Shown here: piece by piece, positions 39,447 through 48,689 of the stretch | Layout of the letters: the number at the start of each line of letters is the position of its first letter | Position numbering within the stretch: position 1 is the first letter of the stretch | NCBI GenBank assembly: GCA_007694095.1 | Contig: RECI01000207.1 | Coordinates: 3,217-67,216 of the forward strand | Source: Balneolaceae bacterium | GTDB taxonomy: Bacteria > Bacteroidota > Rhodothermia > Balneolales > Balneolaceae | Length of the DNA stretch: 64,000 bases | Direction: 5' to 3' | Program-made: the position numbers and the translations under genes | Notes under the pieces: generated by a model | The model's input: only the letters and a program-made list of their open reading frames with translations | Told to the model about the DNA's origin: nothing | Database searches by the model: none

Positions 39447-40973
39447 ATGGCCAGTAAACTGAAAGCACGAATAGTTAAGAAAAAGCCGGGAAAATGGACC
39501 AATAAACATGAGAACTTCAGTATACAAATTTCCGGTCTCTACGATATCTGGAATCCCAGCGTATCAGCAAACCGGCAGCTTGAAGCATACAATGCCACTA
39601 CAAAATCTCTTCAGAATCTGATCGGCACAGTATCAAAAAAAGGTGAGCGCATCAGGGCATTAGGCAGTGCATGGTCGATCTCCCGGGCCGCAGCCACCGA
39701 TGGCAGACTCATCAACACCAAGCCGCTGAACCGCCTTTTTCGTGTCAGCGACCCAAGTATTTCTGACAGCTATACCGGAGATTCCAAAAACCTCTATTTT
39801 GTTCAGTGCGGGGTTTCGATTGGCGAATTGAACCGTTATCTGCGGCTGCAGGGCAAATCGCTGAAAACATCAGGCGCCAGCAACGGCCAAACCATTGCAG
39901 GGGCACTTTCCACCGGAACTCATGGCTCAGCCATTGATACAGGGTCTGTCCAGGATTTTGTTAAAGGTCTTCACCTCATCACAGGGCCAAACCGCCATGT
40001 GTGGCTGGAACGAGCCTCCGATCCGGTAACTACACCTGGTTTTGCTGATCGCCTGGAAGCGGAAGTGATCAGGGATGATAACACCTTTAATGCCGCTCTC
40101 GTCAGCTTTGGCAGCTTCGGGATCATTCACGGTGTACTCATCGAAACCGAAGATATCTACCTGCTGGAAGCAAGCCGCATTAAACTGCCTTTTAATGATG
40201 ACCTCAAGCAAGTGATTCATACGCTGGATTTTAGCCGTATACCCCTGCCTGAACCGGAAAACCGGCCATACCATTTCGAAGTTGTGATTAATCCGCACGC
40301 TGCTGATGATCAGGCATTCAGTACGGTAATGTACAAGAGACAGTACCAGGAAAATAATGCAGAACGACGGAGGGCTTCAGGCGGTTTTCAGCCGGGTGAT
40401 GATTTCCTGGGAGTGATCGGGACTCTGCTGGATATTGCACCTTCTGCTATTCCCACAGCGGTAAACCAGCTCCTCGCTTCCCAATACCGCGAATATTCGG
40501 GACGAACCGGCACACTTGGCGACATATTTTCGGCCACGGGTATTCGCGGCAAAGCAACCGGTGCGGCTATGGGTGTACCGCTGGAGAAAACCCTGCAAGC
40601 CCTCGACGCAATACTGAAAGTTCACAACCGGAGTAAAAATTTTCCCGGGGTTATTGCACTCAGGTATGTAAAAAAATCGGATGCATTACTGGCATTCACC
40701 CGCTACCCCCCTACCTGTATCATCGACCTGGATGCAGTAGATAACCAAACTGCCCGCAATTTTTTCAGGGGCGTGTGGCGGGAATTTGAAATGCAAAACA
40801 TCCCATACACCCTGCACTGGGGCAAGGCTAATGAACTGACCTCCGAAAATTTACAAAATATGTACGCCGACGATCTCGATATCTGGCTGAACATTCGCCG
40901 CAGCCTGCTGGATGAAGAAAACCGCTTCACATTTTCAAGCCCGTTTACTGATCAATGCGGTTTATCAGAATAG
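39447..40973 (+). CDS. VAO/PCMH-fold FAD-binding oxidoreductase (ALO/GULO-like)
   Basis: IRALGSAWS, QTIAGALSTGTHGS, VSFGSFGII, C-terminal LHWGK. Confidence 0.85.
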   Translation: MASKLKARIVKKKPGKWTNKHENFSIQISGLYDIWNPSVSANRQLEAYNATTKSLQNLIGTVSKKGERIRALGSAWSISRAAATDGRLINTKPLNRLFRVSDPSISDSYTGDSKNLYFVQCGVSIGELNRYLRLQGKSLKTSGASNGQTIAGALSTGTHGSAIDTGSVQDFVKGLHLITGPNRHVWLERASDPVTTPGFADRLEAEVIRDDNTFNAALVSFGSFGIIHGVLIETEDIYLLEASRIKLPFNDDLKQVIHTLDFSRIPLPEPENRPYHFEVVINPHAADDQAFSTVMYKRQYQENNAERRRASGGFQPGDDFLGVIGTLLDIAPSAIPTAVNQLLASQYREYSGRTGTLGDIFSATGIRGKATGAAMGVPLEKTLQALDAILKVHNRSKNFPGVIALRYVKKSDALLAFTRYPPTCIIDLDAVDNQTARNFFRGVWREFEMQNIPYTLHWGKANELTSENLQNMYADDLDIWLNIRRSLLDEENRFTFSSPFTDQCGLSE

Positions 40974-41077
40974 TCAGTTTTTTTCCGGGATGTGATGCCG
41001 GAATTCATCGGGACAAGCGGACAATTCTGATCTGAAATTGAAATTTGAACAATCTGTTAAAACCTAATCCAACAGCC

Positions 41078-42670
41078 ATGAATCGACTGATTATTGACCT
41101 GCATGCCCATCCACAAATGAAACCGATCAATTCAAGTGATGCAGAACGTGAAATGAAGGGAATCTGGAAAAAATTCGAAGAATCACAATATTGCGGTGAA
41201 TTGAACAGGCAGCTCAGAAATTCCCTCAGTGAAACCAAGAAAAAATCCCAGGCCAATTTTGAACAGGCAATTGAAGGGAACGTGCGTGGTGTTTTCCTGG
41301 CGATGGGGCCGGTAGAGAGGGATTTCTTCAAGCCCGATCCACGCCATTTCCTGTTAAAACTGATCTTAAAAAGAAGACAGTACAGAAATCTTGCGGCATG
41401 CATTACTGCTTTTGATATTCAAAAAGTTGACAAGATATTCACTCGCATTGAAAACAAAAAAGGGGTGAATTATTTCAACGAAGAGCTTATGGAAGAGTAT
41501 AAATTCCTAATTGATCAAGTTAAAAAAAGCCAAAATCAGCCCAATAAAATGGTAATTGCCGGCGATTACACAGAATTTCAAAAACACATCAGAGATGAAA
41601 ACACCATAACCACTGTACTAACCGTTGAGGGGGCACATTCGCTGGGCAATTATGCCGAAGATGAAGATTTCTCAAGGAACATCCGTGAAGCTAACAGCGA
41701 TATTCTCTATAACCGCCTGATGCCTGATTTTGAAAAAAACATCGAAAAAATGAAAACGTGGGGAGGCGGTCGGCATGCTCCATTTTTTATTACCATCTGC
41801 CATCATTTCAGCAACCTCCTGGCGGGCCATGCTAAAAGCTTTTCTCCACGCCAGGGCCTGTTAACACCTGGAATGGATGACCTTCTCAACCAAAAAGCGG
41901 GTAAAAATGAGGGATTTTCACGTCTTGGCAGGGATGTAACTGAACTGCTGCTCAGTAAAGAAAACGGCAGAAGAATTCTGATCGACGTAAAACATATGAG
42001 TGTAAAAGCACGGCTGAAATTTTTCAGAATGGTTGAAGAAAAGTATTGGTCTAGGGGTGAAGAGTTACCTCTAATCTGCAGCCATGCTGCACTAAGCGGG
42101 TATAAAACTATCGAAGAATCAAACAGGAGCGATACCTTCCGACGGTGGCGAAATCACTACTTGAGCCGCCAGTCCATCAATATGAGTGATGAGGAGGCCC
42201 GGATTATTGCACGCTCGAACGGACTTGTGGGAATTGTGCTGCACGGCGGGCGTCTGCCCGGTGGCCGCGCCAAACAGCAAATAGACAATGCCACTAATGT
42301 TGACAATGACAGGCTCAGGGATGAAAGCATCAGGCTGATCATGAGCAATATTTTTCAGTTTGTAAGGGCTGCAGGCGATAAAAAAGCGTGGGATTGCCTT
42401 TGTATCGGTACAGATATGGACGGTGTCATTGTTCCGTTCAAGATTTATCCGAATTATTCTCAGATGCAGAATCTTGCCATCCACTTCTATCAGTTCTTTA
42501 CCCGTCCTCTCGACCTCAGCGAAATCGAAATGGATAAAGAACAGGTAAAAGAGTTCATGTACGGATACGATGCGGAGGAGCTCACCGAAAAACTGATGAG
42601 CCAAAATGTTTTGAACTTCATGGAAAAATATTTCCATGAAGGTTATCTGAGTCGTGGGGCAATCGTATAA
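41078..42670 (+). CDS. M19 membrane-dipeptidase-like amidohydrolase
   Basis: DLHAHP, TVEGAHSL, ITICHH, LIDVKHMS, ICSHAA, GLVGI, IGTDMDG; start set at the ATG at 41078 (ORF track TTG at 41045). Confidence 0.8.
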   Translation: MNRLIIDLHAHPQMKPINSSDAEREMKGIWKKFEESQYCGELNRQLRNSLSETKKKSQANFEQAIEGNVRGVFLAMGPVERDFFKPDPRHFLLKLILKRRQYRNLAACITAFDIQKVDKIFTRIENKKGVNYFNEELMEEYKFLIDQVKKSQNQPNKMVIAGDYTEFQKHIRDENTITTVLTVEGAHSLGNYAEDEDFSRNIREANSDILYNRLMPDFEKNIEKMKTWGGGRHAPFFITICHHFSNLLAGHAKSFSPRQGLLTPGMDDLLNQKAGKNEGFSRLGRDVTELLLSKENGRRILIDVKHMSVKARLKFFRMVEEKYWSRGEELPLICSHAALSGYKTIEESNRSDTFRRWRNHYLSRQSINMSDEEARIIARSNGLVGIVLHGGRLPGGRAKQQIDNATNVDNDRLRDESIRLIMSNIFQFVRAAGDKKAWDCLCIGTDMDGVIVPFKIYPNYSQMQNLAIHFYQFFTRPLDLSEIEMDKEQVKEFMYGYDAEELTEKLMSQNVLNFMEKYFHEGYLSRGAIV

Positions 42671-42958
42671 GCGGCGGATATTCAGGGTTTTGGAACCTGT
42701 CATTACAAATACGACAGTGGCCGGGAAGGAGATTGGTTTTTGACAGGTTTCTCACCAAGGAAACAAGCCCTAGCCATTTACATCATGGCGGGGTTTGATG
42801 ATTTTCATGATATCATGGAAAAACTTGGAAAGTATAAAACCGGTGTATCCTGCCTTTAAGTGAAAAAATTGGGCGCCATTAACCTGGAAAAATTGAGAGA
42901 ACTTTCAGTTAAATCACTCGAAGCCATGAAGATAAGGTATCCGTGTGATATCTGGTAA
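42671..42958 (+). pseudogene. 5'-truncated DUF1801-like gene with an internal stop
   Basis: Manual translation GFGTCHYKYDSGREGDWFLTGFSPRKQALAIYIMAGFDDFHDIMEKLGKYKTGVSCL*VKKLGAINLEKLRE; TAA at 42857-42859 where Tyr is expected; no start codon upstream. Confidence 0.8.
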
Positions 42959-42966
42959 AACAGCGG

Positions 42967-43557
42967 CTACTGCAGAATGTTGTTGGCATCATTCTGTTTT
43001 CTTCGCAGTTCAAATATGGTACGGGTATCGGGGCTAACCTCACCATATATCCATAAAATGATGCTTACCTCAATAAAGGCCACCGTATAGGTAAATACAA
43101 TGAATCGTATCACCAATGTTGTATCCATAAAAAAGGATGCCAGCACCCCAAAAAAGAACAGTACACCACTCGATCGGCTGAGATGGGTATGCAGAAAAAG
43201 AATTTTTCCGATTTTAAGCTGTGAAATCAGCATTGAAAAGCCGAAAATGACAATGCAGAAAACTACATACGGAATATTTGGTACAAGGTATTCCGGAAAA
43301 AGATAAATCAAAAACCAGGCGGCGGATATATAATATGCAACATCAGCTACGGCATCAAGCATGGAACCGAAATCTGTGGTTTGATTCCACCGGCGGGCCA
43401 ACAGACCGTCAAAGTAATCTGTAAACCCTAAAAAGATAAACCAGCACACGAACCATAAAGGAGATTCGAAGTGAACAAATATAAAAAGCAGAGGAACACC
43501 CAATAGCCGTATCATCGAAAGGGCATTGGGAATATTGATATATTCGCGGGGGATCAT
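42967..43557 (-). CDS. CDP-alcohol phosphatidyltransferase family protein
   Basis: NIPNALSMIRL, TDYFDGLLARR..TTDFGSMLDAVAD. Confidence 0.9.
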   Translation of the reverse strand: MIPREYINIPNALSMIRLLGVPLLFIFVHFESPLWFVCWFIFLGFTDYFDGLLARRWNQTTDFGSMLDAVADVAYYISAAWFLIYLFPEYLVPNIPYVVFCIVIFGFSMLISQLKIGKILFLHTHLSRSSGVLFFFGVLASFFMDTTLVIRFIVFTYTVAFIEVSIILWIYGEVSPDTRTIFELRRKQNDANNILQ

Positions 43558-43771
43558 AGGCAGTTGTTACTATCGTGGAAATGAAACGGCATCTGGTTGG
43601 TTGCGGTAAAAATAACCCTTGCAGCTTATAAAACAATAAAAATCTTTTAACCGGTTTAAATTAATCCCAGTACCGGATATGAAACAATCGCATCCTTTTG
43701 ATCTGATTTTACTATATTGGAATCACACGACTCTGAATAAACATTCGTTATTATCTTAAAAAAGCGCTTTT

Positions 43772-44716
43772 ATGGACACCCGGGAAAAACTTGATGCATT
43801 TCAGAAACGGATCGATAACGATGAAAAAATTGAACCGAAAGACTGGATGCCGGATCGTTATCGAAAGCAGTTGATTCGCATGATGAGTCAACACGCACAT
43901 TCTGAAATTGTGGGAATGCTACCGGAAGGCAACTGGATTACCCGTGCTCCGTCACTTGAACGCAAACTCGTGCTGCTTGCCAAAGTTCAGGACGAAGCTG
44001 GTCACGGATTGTACCTGTATAGTTCAACAGAAACACTGGGTGCGCGCAGGCAGGAACTTGTGGAAGATTATATCTACGGTACTGCTAAATATTCCAGTAT
44101 TTTTAATTATCCAACCCTTACGTATGCGGATATCTGCGTAATTGGCTGGCTGGTGGATGGTGCGGCTATTGTAAATCAAACCATGCTTGCAAAATCTTCG
44201 TACGGACCGTATGCAAGGGCAAATATCAGGATCTGCAGAGAAGAGAGCTTCCATAAAAAACAAGGGTATGAAATGCTCGCTAAAATGGCAGCCGGTACTC
44301 CCGAGCAGCGAAGAATGGCACAGGATGCTGTAAATCGCTGGTGGTGGCCAACCCTGATGATGTTCGGCCCCCCCGATGATGAGTCGCCCAACAGTGCTGA
44401 ACTGATTAGATGGAAAGTAAAAACCAAAACCAATGATGAATTGCGCCAAAGTTATGTTGACCAGATGGTAATGGAGGCTGAGGCTATTGGGATAAAACTC
44501 CCTGATCCCGAATTAAAGTACAATAATAATACCGGTCACTGGGATTTTGGCGAAATTCCCTGGGACGAGTTCTGGAATGTGATAAAAGGCAACGGCCCAA
44601 TGAACCGTGAACGGATAAAGGCCCGGCGTAAAGCCTACGAAGAGGGTGCCTGGGTGAGGGAAGCAGCCATGGAATATGCCAGGAAGAAACAACTTCGTGA
44701 AGAAAAAGCATCCTGA
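43772..44716 (+). CDS. paaA: 1,2-phenylacetyl-CoA epoxidase subunit A
   Basis: [59 protein letters not shown]. Confidence 0.96.
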   Translation: MDTREKLDAFQKRIDNDEKIEPKDWMPDRYRKQLIRMMSQHAHSEIVGMLPEGNWITRAPSLERKLVLLAKVQDEAGHGLYLYSSTETLGARRQELVEDYIYGTAKYSSIFNYPTLTYADICVIGWLVDGAAIVNQTMLAKSSYGPYARANIRICREESFHKKQGYEMLAKMAAGTPEQRRMAQDAVNRWWWPTLMMFGPPDDESPNSAELIRWKVKTKTNDELRQSYVDQMVMEAEAIGIKLPDPELKYNNNTGHWDFGEIPWDEFWNVIKGNGPMNRERIKARRKAYEEGAWVREAAMEYARKKQLREEKAS

Positions 44717-44723
44717 AAAACAG

Positions 44724-45044
44724 ATGAGTAAGAGTAACAGCAAGCCGATATCACACTATCAAAACGAATGGCCGCTTTGGGAGGTATTTTACCAGCCCGG
44801 GAACGGAAAACCGTTTGAACATGCGGGTAGTGTGCATGCTCCAGATGCCGAAATGGCCCTTCAAAATGCACGTGATACGTATGCACGCAGAAATGAGGGA
44901 ATTGCCATTTGGGTAGTACCGACTGATCAGATCACCGCAACAACACCAGAAGATTCCGAAGCCTTTTTTGATCCCGCAGGAAATAAACCCTACCGGCATC
45001 CCCAGTTTTACTCAACACCCAGAGCCGTCAAGAAAAGGAAATAG
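44724..45044 (+). CDS. paaB: 1,2-phenylacetyl-CoA epoxidase subunit B
   Basis: WPLWEVF, HAGSVHAPDAEMALQNARDTYARR.EG..IWVV, KPYRHPQFY; start set at the ATG at 44724. Confidence 0.93.
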   Translation: MSKSNSKPISHYQNEWPLWEVFYQPGNGKPFEHAGSVHAPDAEMALQNARDTYARRNEGIAIWVVPTDQITATTPEDSEAFFDPAGNKPYRHPQFYSTPRAVKKRK

Positions 45045-45060
45045 TCGTGAAACTAAACAA

Positions 45061-45849
45061 ATGAGTACACTTGAAACTATCCCTAATTCCAAAAAAGAAG
45101 TCCTGGTCGAGATTTTGCTTCGCCTGGCAGATGACAGGCTGATTCTAGGTCACCGGCTTTCGGAGTGGGCAGGCCACGCTCCTGAACTGGAGGAAGACCT
45201 GGCCCTGGCGAATATTGCACTGGATATGATCGGGCACGCCTCGGCCCTGTATGGGTATGCCGCTCAGCTGGAAGACAAACCGGATGAAGACCATTATGCA
45301 TATTTTCGGGACGATATCGATTTTAAAAACATTGCCCTCACGGAACTGCCACGCGGTGATTTCGCCTTTACAACAGCACGCCTTTTTCTTTTCAGTACTT
45401 TCAGTTATCTGTTATACAATAATATAACTCAAGTTATTGAAGAAGAACAGTTTAACGGAATTATTAAGAAACATTTTAATGAAATAAAGTATCATCTCAG
45501 GCACAGCAGGGAGTGGGTACTCAGGCTTGGTGATGGTACAGATCTGAGTAAACTTAAGATTCAACAGGCGATAGATGACCTTTGGATGTATACAGGTGAA
45601 ATGTTTGAAACAGATAAAACTGAAAACCTGGCTGCCGGTTATAATCTGTTTATTGATGTTCCGGTTTTGAAAAATGAATGGATGAAATGGGTTACAGAAA
45701 CCCTTGAAGAAGCGACGCTTAAGACCCCCGATAACAATCAATATATGTTTACAGGCTCAAGACAAGGACGCCACACTGAACACCTTGGCAGGCTGCTTGC
45801 CGAAATGCAGTTTTTAAGGCGCTCTTACCCTGATGCGGATTGGAAATAA
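45061..45849 (+). CDS. paaC: 1,2-phenylacetyl-CoA epoxidase subunit C
   Basis: LADDRLILGHRLSEWAGHAPELEEDLALANI, EIKYH, GRHTEHLG.LLAEMQ; start set at the ATG at 45061. Confidence 0.94.
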   Translation: MSTLETIPNSKKEVLVEILLRLADDRLILGHRLSEWAGHAPELEEDLALANIALDMIGHASALYGYAAQLEDKPDEDHYAYFRDDIDFKNIALTELPRGDFAFTTARLFLFSTFSYLLYNNITQVIEEEQFNGIIKKHFNEIKYHLRHSREWVLRLGDGTDLSKLKIQQAIDDLWMYTGEMFETDKTENLAAGYNLFIDVPVLKNEWMKWVTETLEEATLKTPDNNQYMFTGSRQGRHTEHLGRLLAEMQFLRRSYPDADWK

Positions 45850-45861
45850 TCAAAGATTATC

Positions 45862-45896
45862 AAATTCCAAATCTCAAATCTCAGGTCTCAGGACTA
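45862..45896. repeat. Heptamer-register tract between paaC and paaD
   Basis: AAATTCC AAATCTC AAATCTC AGGTCTC AGGACTA. Confidence 0.6.
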
Positions 45897-45901
45897 AACA
45901 A

Positions 45902-46414
45902 ATGAAAATAAAACAACCCATTGCAGAATCACAGATCTGGTCATGGCTGGAAGAGGTTACAGATCCGGAAATCCCCGTACTGAATGTGGTGGAGATGGGT
46001 ATTGTGAGAAACGTTGAAATAGGTAAATATGACGAGATCACCGTTAAAATTACTCCTACCTACTCCGGTTGCCCGGCGATGAATGCAATTGAAAATGAGA
46101 TTCACAAAAAGCTTCTGGATAAAGGAGCCTCAAACTATCGCGTTGTTACCGACTATAAAGAGATTTGGACAACAGACTGGATGACAAACAATGCAAAACA
46201 AAAACTGAAGGAATACGGCATCGCACCTCCGGAAAAAACACCGGCCGGTAAAGATTTTCTCACATCCCTGAAAAGCCAGCAAAAAATTGTACCCTGCCCC
46301 TGGTGCGACTCTATGGAGACAGAACTCCAAAGCGAGTTTGGATCCACCGCCTGTAAGGCTCAATATTATTGCAACGAATGTTTACAACCATTTGAATATT
46401 TTAAGTGTATATGA
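45902..46414 (+). CDS. paaD: 1,2-phenylacetyl-CoA epoxidase subunit D
   Basis: VTDPEIPV, TPTYSGCPAM, WTTDWM, CPWCDS..SEFGSTACKA.Y.C..C.QPFEYFKCI; start set at the ATG at 45902. Confidence 0.94.
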   Translation: MKIKQPIAESQIWSWLEEVTDPEIPVLNVVEMGIVRNVEIGKYDEITVKITPTYSGCPAMNAIENEIHKKLLDKGASNYRVVTDYKEIWTTDWMTNNAKQKLKEYGIAPPEKTPAGKDFLTSLKSQQKIVPCPWCDSMETELQSEFGSTACKAQYYCNECLQPFEYFKCI

Positions 46415-46419
46415 TTCAA

Positions 46420-46545
46420 CCCGGATTAAGCGACAGACTTCCGAAATCTTTCGGGTTCGTGAAAGAAGCCCTTAAAGATGAAAAGACCGAAGTATTAGAA
46501 AATGAAGAGAGACTTCGGAAGTCTTTTTCGCCTATTGCTGAATGT
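46420..46545. repeat. REPIN/MITE-like element, copy 2 (inverted relative to copy 1)
   Basis: AGACTTCCGAAATCT (46435-46449) and AGACTTCGGAAGTCT (46510-46524); ends CCCGGATTAAGCGA and TTTTTCGCCTATTGCT are shared with copy 1. Confidence 0.85.
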
Positions 46546-46550
46546 GGGTT

Positions 46551-46825
46551 AATCTGACTCTGACAGGAGCTGGCGCACTCTGTCAAAATCAAACCTAAAT
46601 CTGACTCTGACAGGAGCTGGCGCACGCTGTCAGGTCTAATCATAAGCATAAAGCTGTAAGGTACCGTCCACTCGGTTTACCCACCGGAATTACCTTATCG
46701 GGATCTCGGTGGAATCAGTTTTGTGAGGGTTGCAACCCCGGTGAAGATTTGCCTGCGACTCTGGCAGGAAGTCCGCAAAAGCAGCGGACTACTCTGCCAG
46801 GTCTTGAATCTAACGCTGTCAGGTC
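46551..46825. repeat. Cluster of REP-like CTGACAG/CTGTCAG hairpins
   Basis: 35-bp direct repeat AATCTGACTCTGACAGGAGCTGGCGCAC(T/G)CTGTCA at 46551-46585 and 46598-46632; variant CTGGCAG..CTGCCAG at 46761-46800; partial copy at 46814-46825. Confidence 0.75.
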
Positions 46826-46834
46826 AAAAACCGG

Positions 46835-48445
46835 TTACACCTGTATCACACCTGTCTTGAAACCAGGGATTTCAGGGTTTTGATTGGCGCATTCTATGGC
46901 GTTGGAAATAACTTTCCTCGTATCGTAGGGTGATATGATGGCATCCACCCATAATCGCGCGGCAGCGTAACGCACATCGGTCTGGCGGTCATAACGGCTT
47001 TTGATTTTTTCAAGGATGCCCGCCTTGTCATCATCGCTCAGTTTTTTCCCTTTTTTCTCCAACGAAGAAACCTGGATTTGTGTCAACACTTTTGCTGCCT
47101 GTGTACCACCCATAACGGCAATTCTGGCCGTTGGCCAGGCATAGATAAACCGCGGATCATAAGCCTTGCCACACATTGCATAATTTCCTGCGCCATAACT
47201 GTTCCCAATTATCACTGTAATTTTTGGCACAGTGGAATTGGCTACTGCATTCACCATTTTTGCACCGTCTTTAATGATGCCGCCATGTTCGCTACGTTTA
47301 CCGATCATGAAACCGGTTACATCCTGCAGAAACAGAATCGGTATCTTCTTTTGATTGCAATTCAGGATAAACCTCGTTGCTTTATCGGCACTGTCGGAAT
47401 AGATGACTCCCCCGATCTGCATCTCCCCTGTTTTGCTGCGCACTACACCACGCTGATTGGCCACAATTCCAATGCTCCATCCGTCGATTCGTGCATAGCC
47501 GGTAATCAGTGTTTGGCCATACCCTTTTTTATATTCCGTAAAACTGCCGTTATCTGCCAGACTTTTAATGAGGGGATAGGTATCGTAGGGCCTGGTGCTG
47601 TCATCCGGAAAACTTTCAACGAACTGCCGAATATCCAGTTCAGGTTCAAGCGGTTTTTTTCTGTTGAACCCGGCTTCATCAAACGGGCCGAGTTTGTCTA
47701 ATAACTCACGAACAGTAAACAGGCATTCGGTATCACTTTTTACCTTATAATCTGTAACCCCGCTGATTTCAGTATGGGTGGATGCACCTCCAAGGATTTC
47801 ATTATCCACATCTTCTCCGATAGCTGCTTTCACAAGGTAACTCCCGGCAAGAAATACACTGCCGGTTCCCTCTACGATAAGCGCTTCATCACTCATTATC
47901 GGAAGATACGCGCCACCCGCAACGCAACTGCCCATGATTGCTGCAATTTGCGGAATACCCATTGCACTCATCACCGCATTATTGCGGAAAATTCGACCAA
48001 AATGCTCCTTATCCGGAAAAATTTCATCCTGCATGGGCAGGAATACACCGGCTGAATCCACGAGATAGATAACAGGCAGGCGGTTTTCCATGGCAATTTC
48101 CTGAGCCCGAAGGTTTTTTTTTGCCGTCATCGGAAACCATGCTCCCGCTTTTACAGTGGCGTCATTGGCAATAATCATGCAGTTTCTGCCGCAGATTTTT
48201 CCTGTTCCTGCAATTACACCGGCAGAAGGACACCCTCCCTCCTCTTTATACATGTCGTTAGCTGCCCATAAACCAATTTCAAAAAAATCGGAATCCTCGT
48301 CCAGGAGCAGGTTGATTCTCTCCCTGGCCGTCAGTTTCCCTTTAGCGTGCTCATTCTGAATCCGACTAATCCCTCCTCCTTTTTTTATCCTCGCTGCTTC
48401 TTTTTCAAGGATTTCCAGCAGTTCATCAACCCTGTTTTTATTCAT
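46835..48445 (-). CDS. Acyl-CoA carboxylase carboxyltransferase (beta) subunit, methylcrotonyl-CoA carboxylase-like
   Basis: GKLTARERI, ANDATVKAGAW, KNLRAQEIA, LVDSAG, CVAGGAY, LQDVTGFMIG, SYGAGNYAMCG, ARLWVDAII. Confidence 0.93.
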   Translation of the reverse strand: MNKNRVDELLEILEKEAARIKKGGGISRIQNEHAKGKLTARERINLLLDEDSDFFEIGLWAANDMYKEEGGCPSAGVIAGTGKICGRNCMIIANDATVKAGAWFPMTAKKNLRAQEIAMENRLPVIYLVDSAGVFLPMQDEIFPDKEHFGRIFRNNAVMSAMGIPQIAAIMGSCVAGGAYLPIMSDEALIVEGTGSVFLAGSYLVKAAIGEDVDNEILGGASTHTEISGVTDYKVKSDTECLFTVRELLDKLGPFDEAGFNRKKPLEPELDIRQFVESFPDDSTRPYDTYPLIKSLADNGSFTEYKKGYGQTLITGYARIDGWSIGIVANQRGVVRSKTGEMQIGGVIYSDSADKATRFILNCNQKKIPILFLQDVTGFMIGKRSEHGGIIKDGAKMVNAVANSTVPKITVIIGNSYGAGNYAMCGKAYDPRFIYAWPTARIAVMGGTQAAKVLTQIQVSSLEKKGKKLSDDDKAGILEKIKSRYDRQTDVRYAAARLWVDAIISPYDTRKVISNAIECANQNPEIPGFKTGVIQV

Positions 48446-48689
48446 AACCCTTATTATTCAGTTAAATTACTGAAACTTATAATAGTGAATACCGGCTTCA
48501 CGTTCCAAATTGTAAAGGTATTTGTTTCTTTAAAGTGTACTTTTTTTATAAAATTGAACCAAACCAAGACGCTTAAGGTTATTTAAACGTTTAATTAATG
48601 GCTCAACACCCATGTGTTGAAAAATGCCACGTTTTATAAATAATTATACCCTGTTTTTTCAAAATTATTTGATCCAAAATCACAATCTC

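Noticed and set aside
46761-46800. SRP (4.5S) RNA, suggested by CAGGAAGTCCGCAAAAGCAGC
   Set aside because: It lacks the conserved CAGGTCCGGAAGGAAGCAG helix-8 motif and is explained as a variant of the neighbouring REP-like hairpins.
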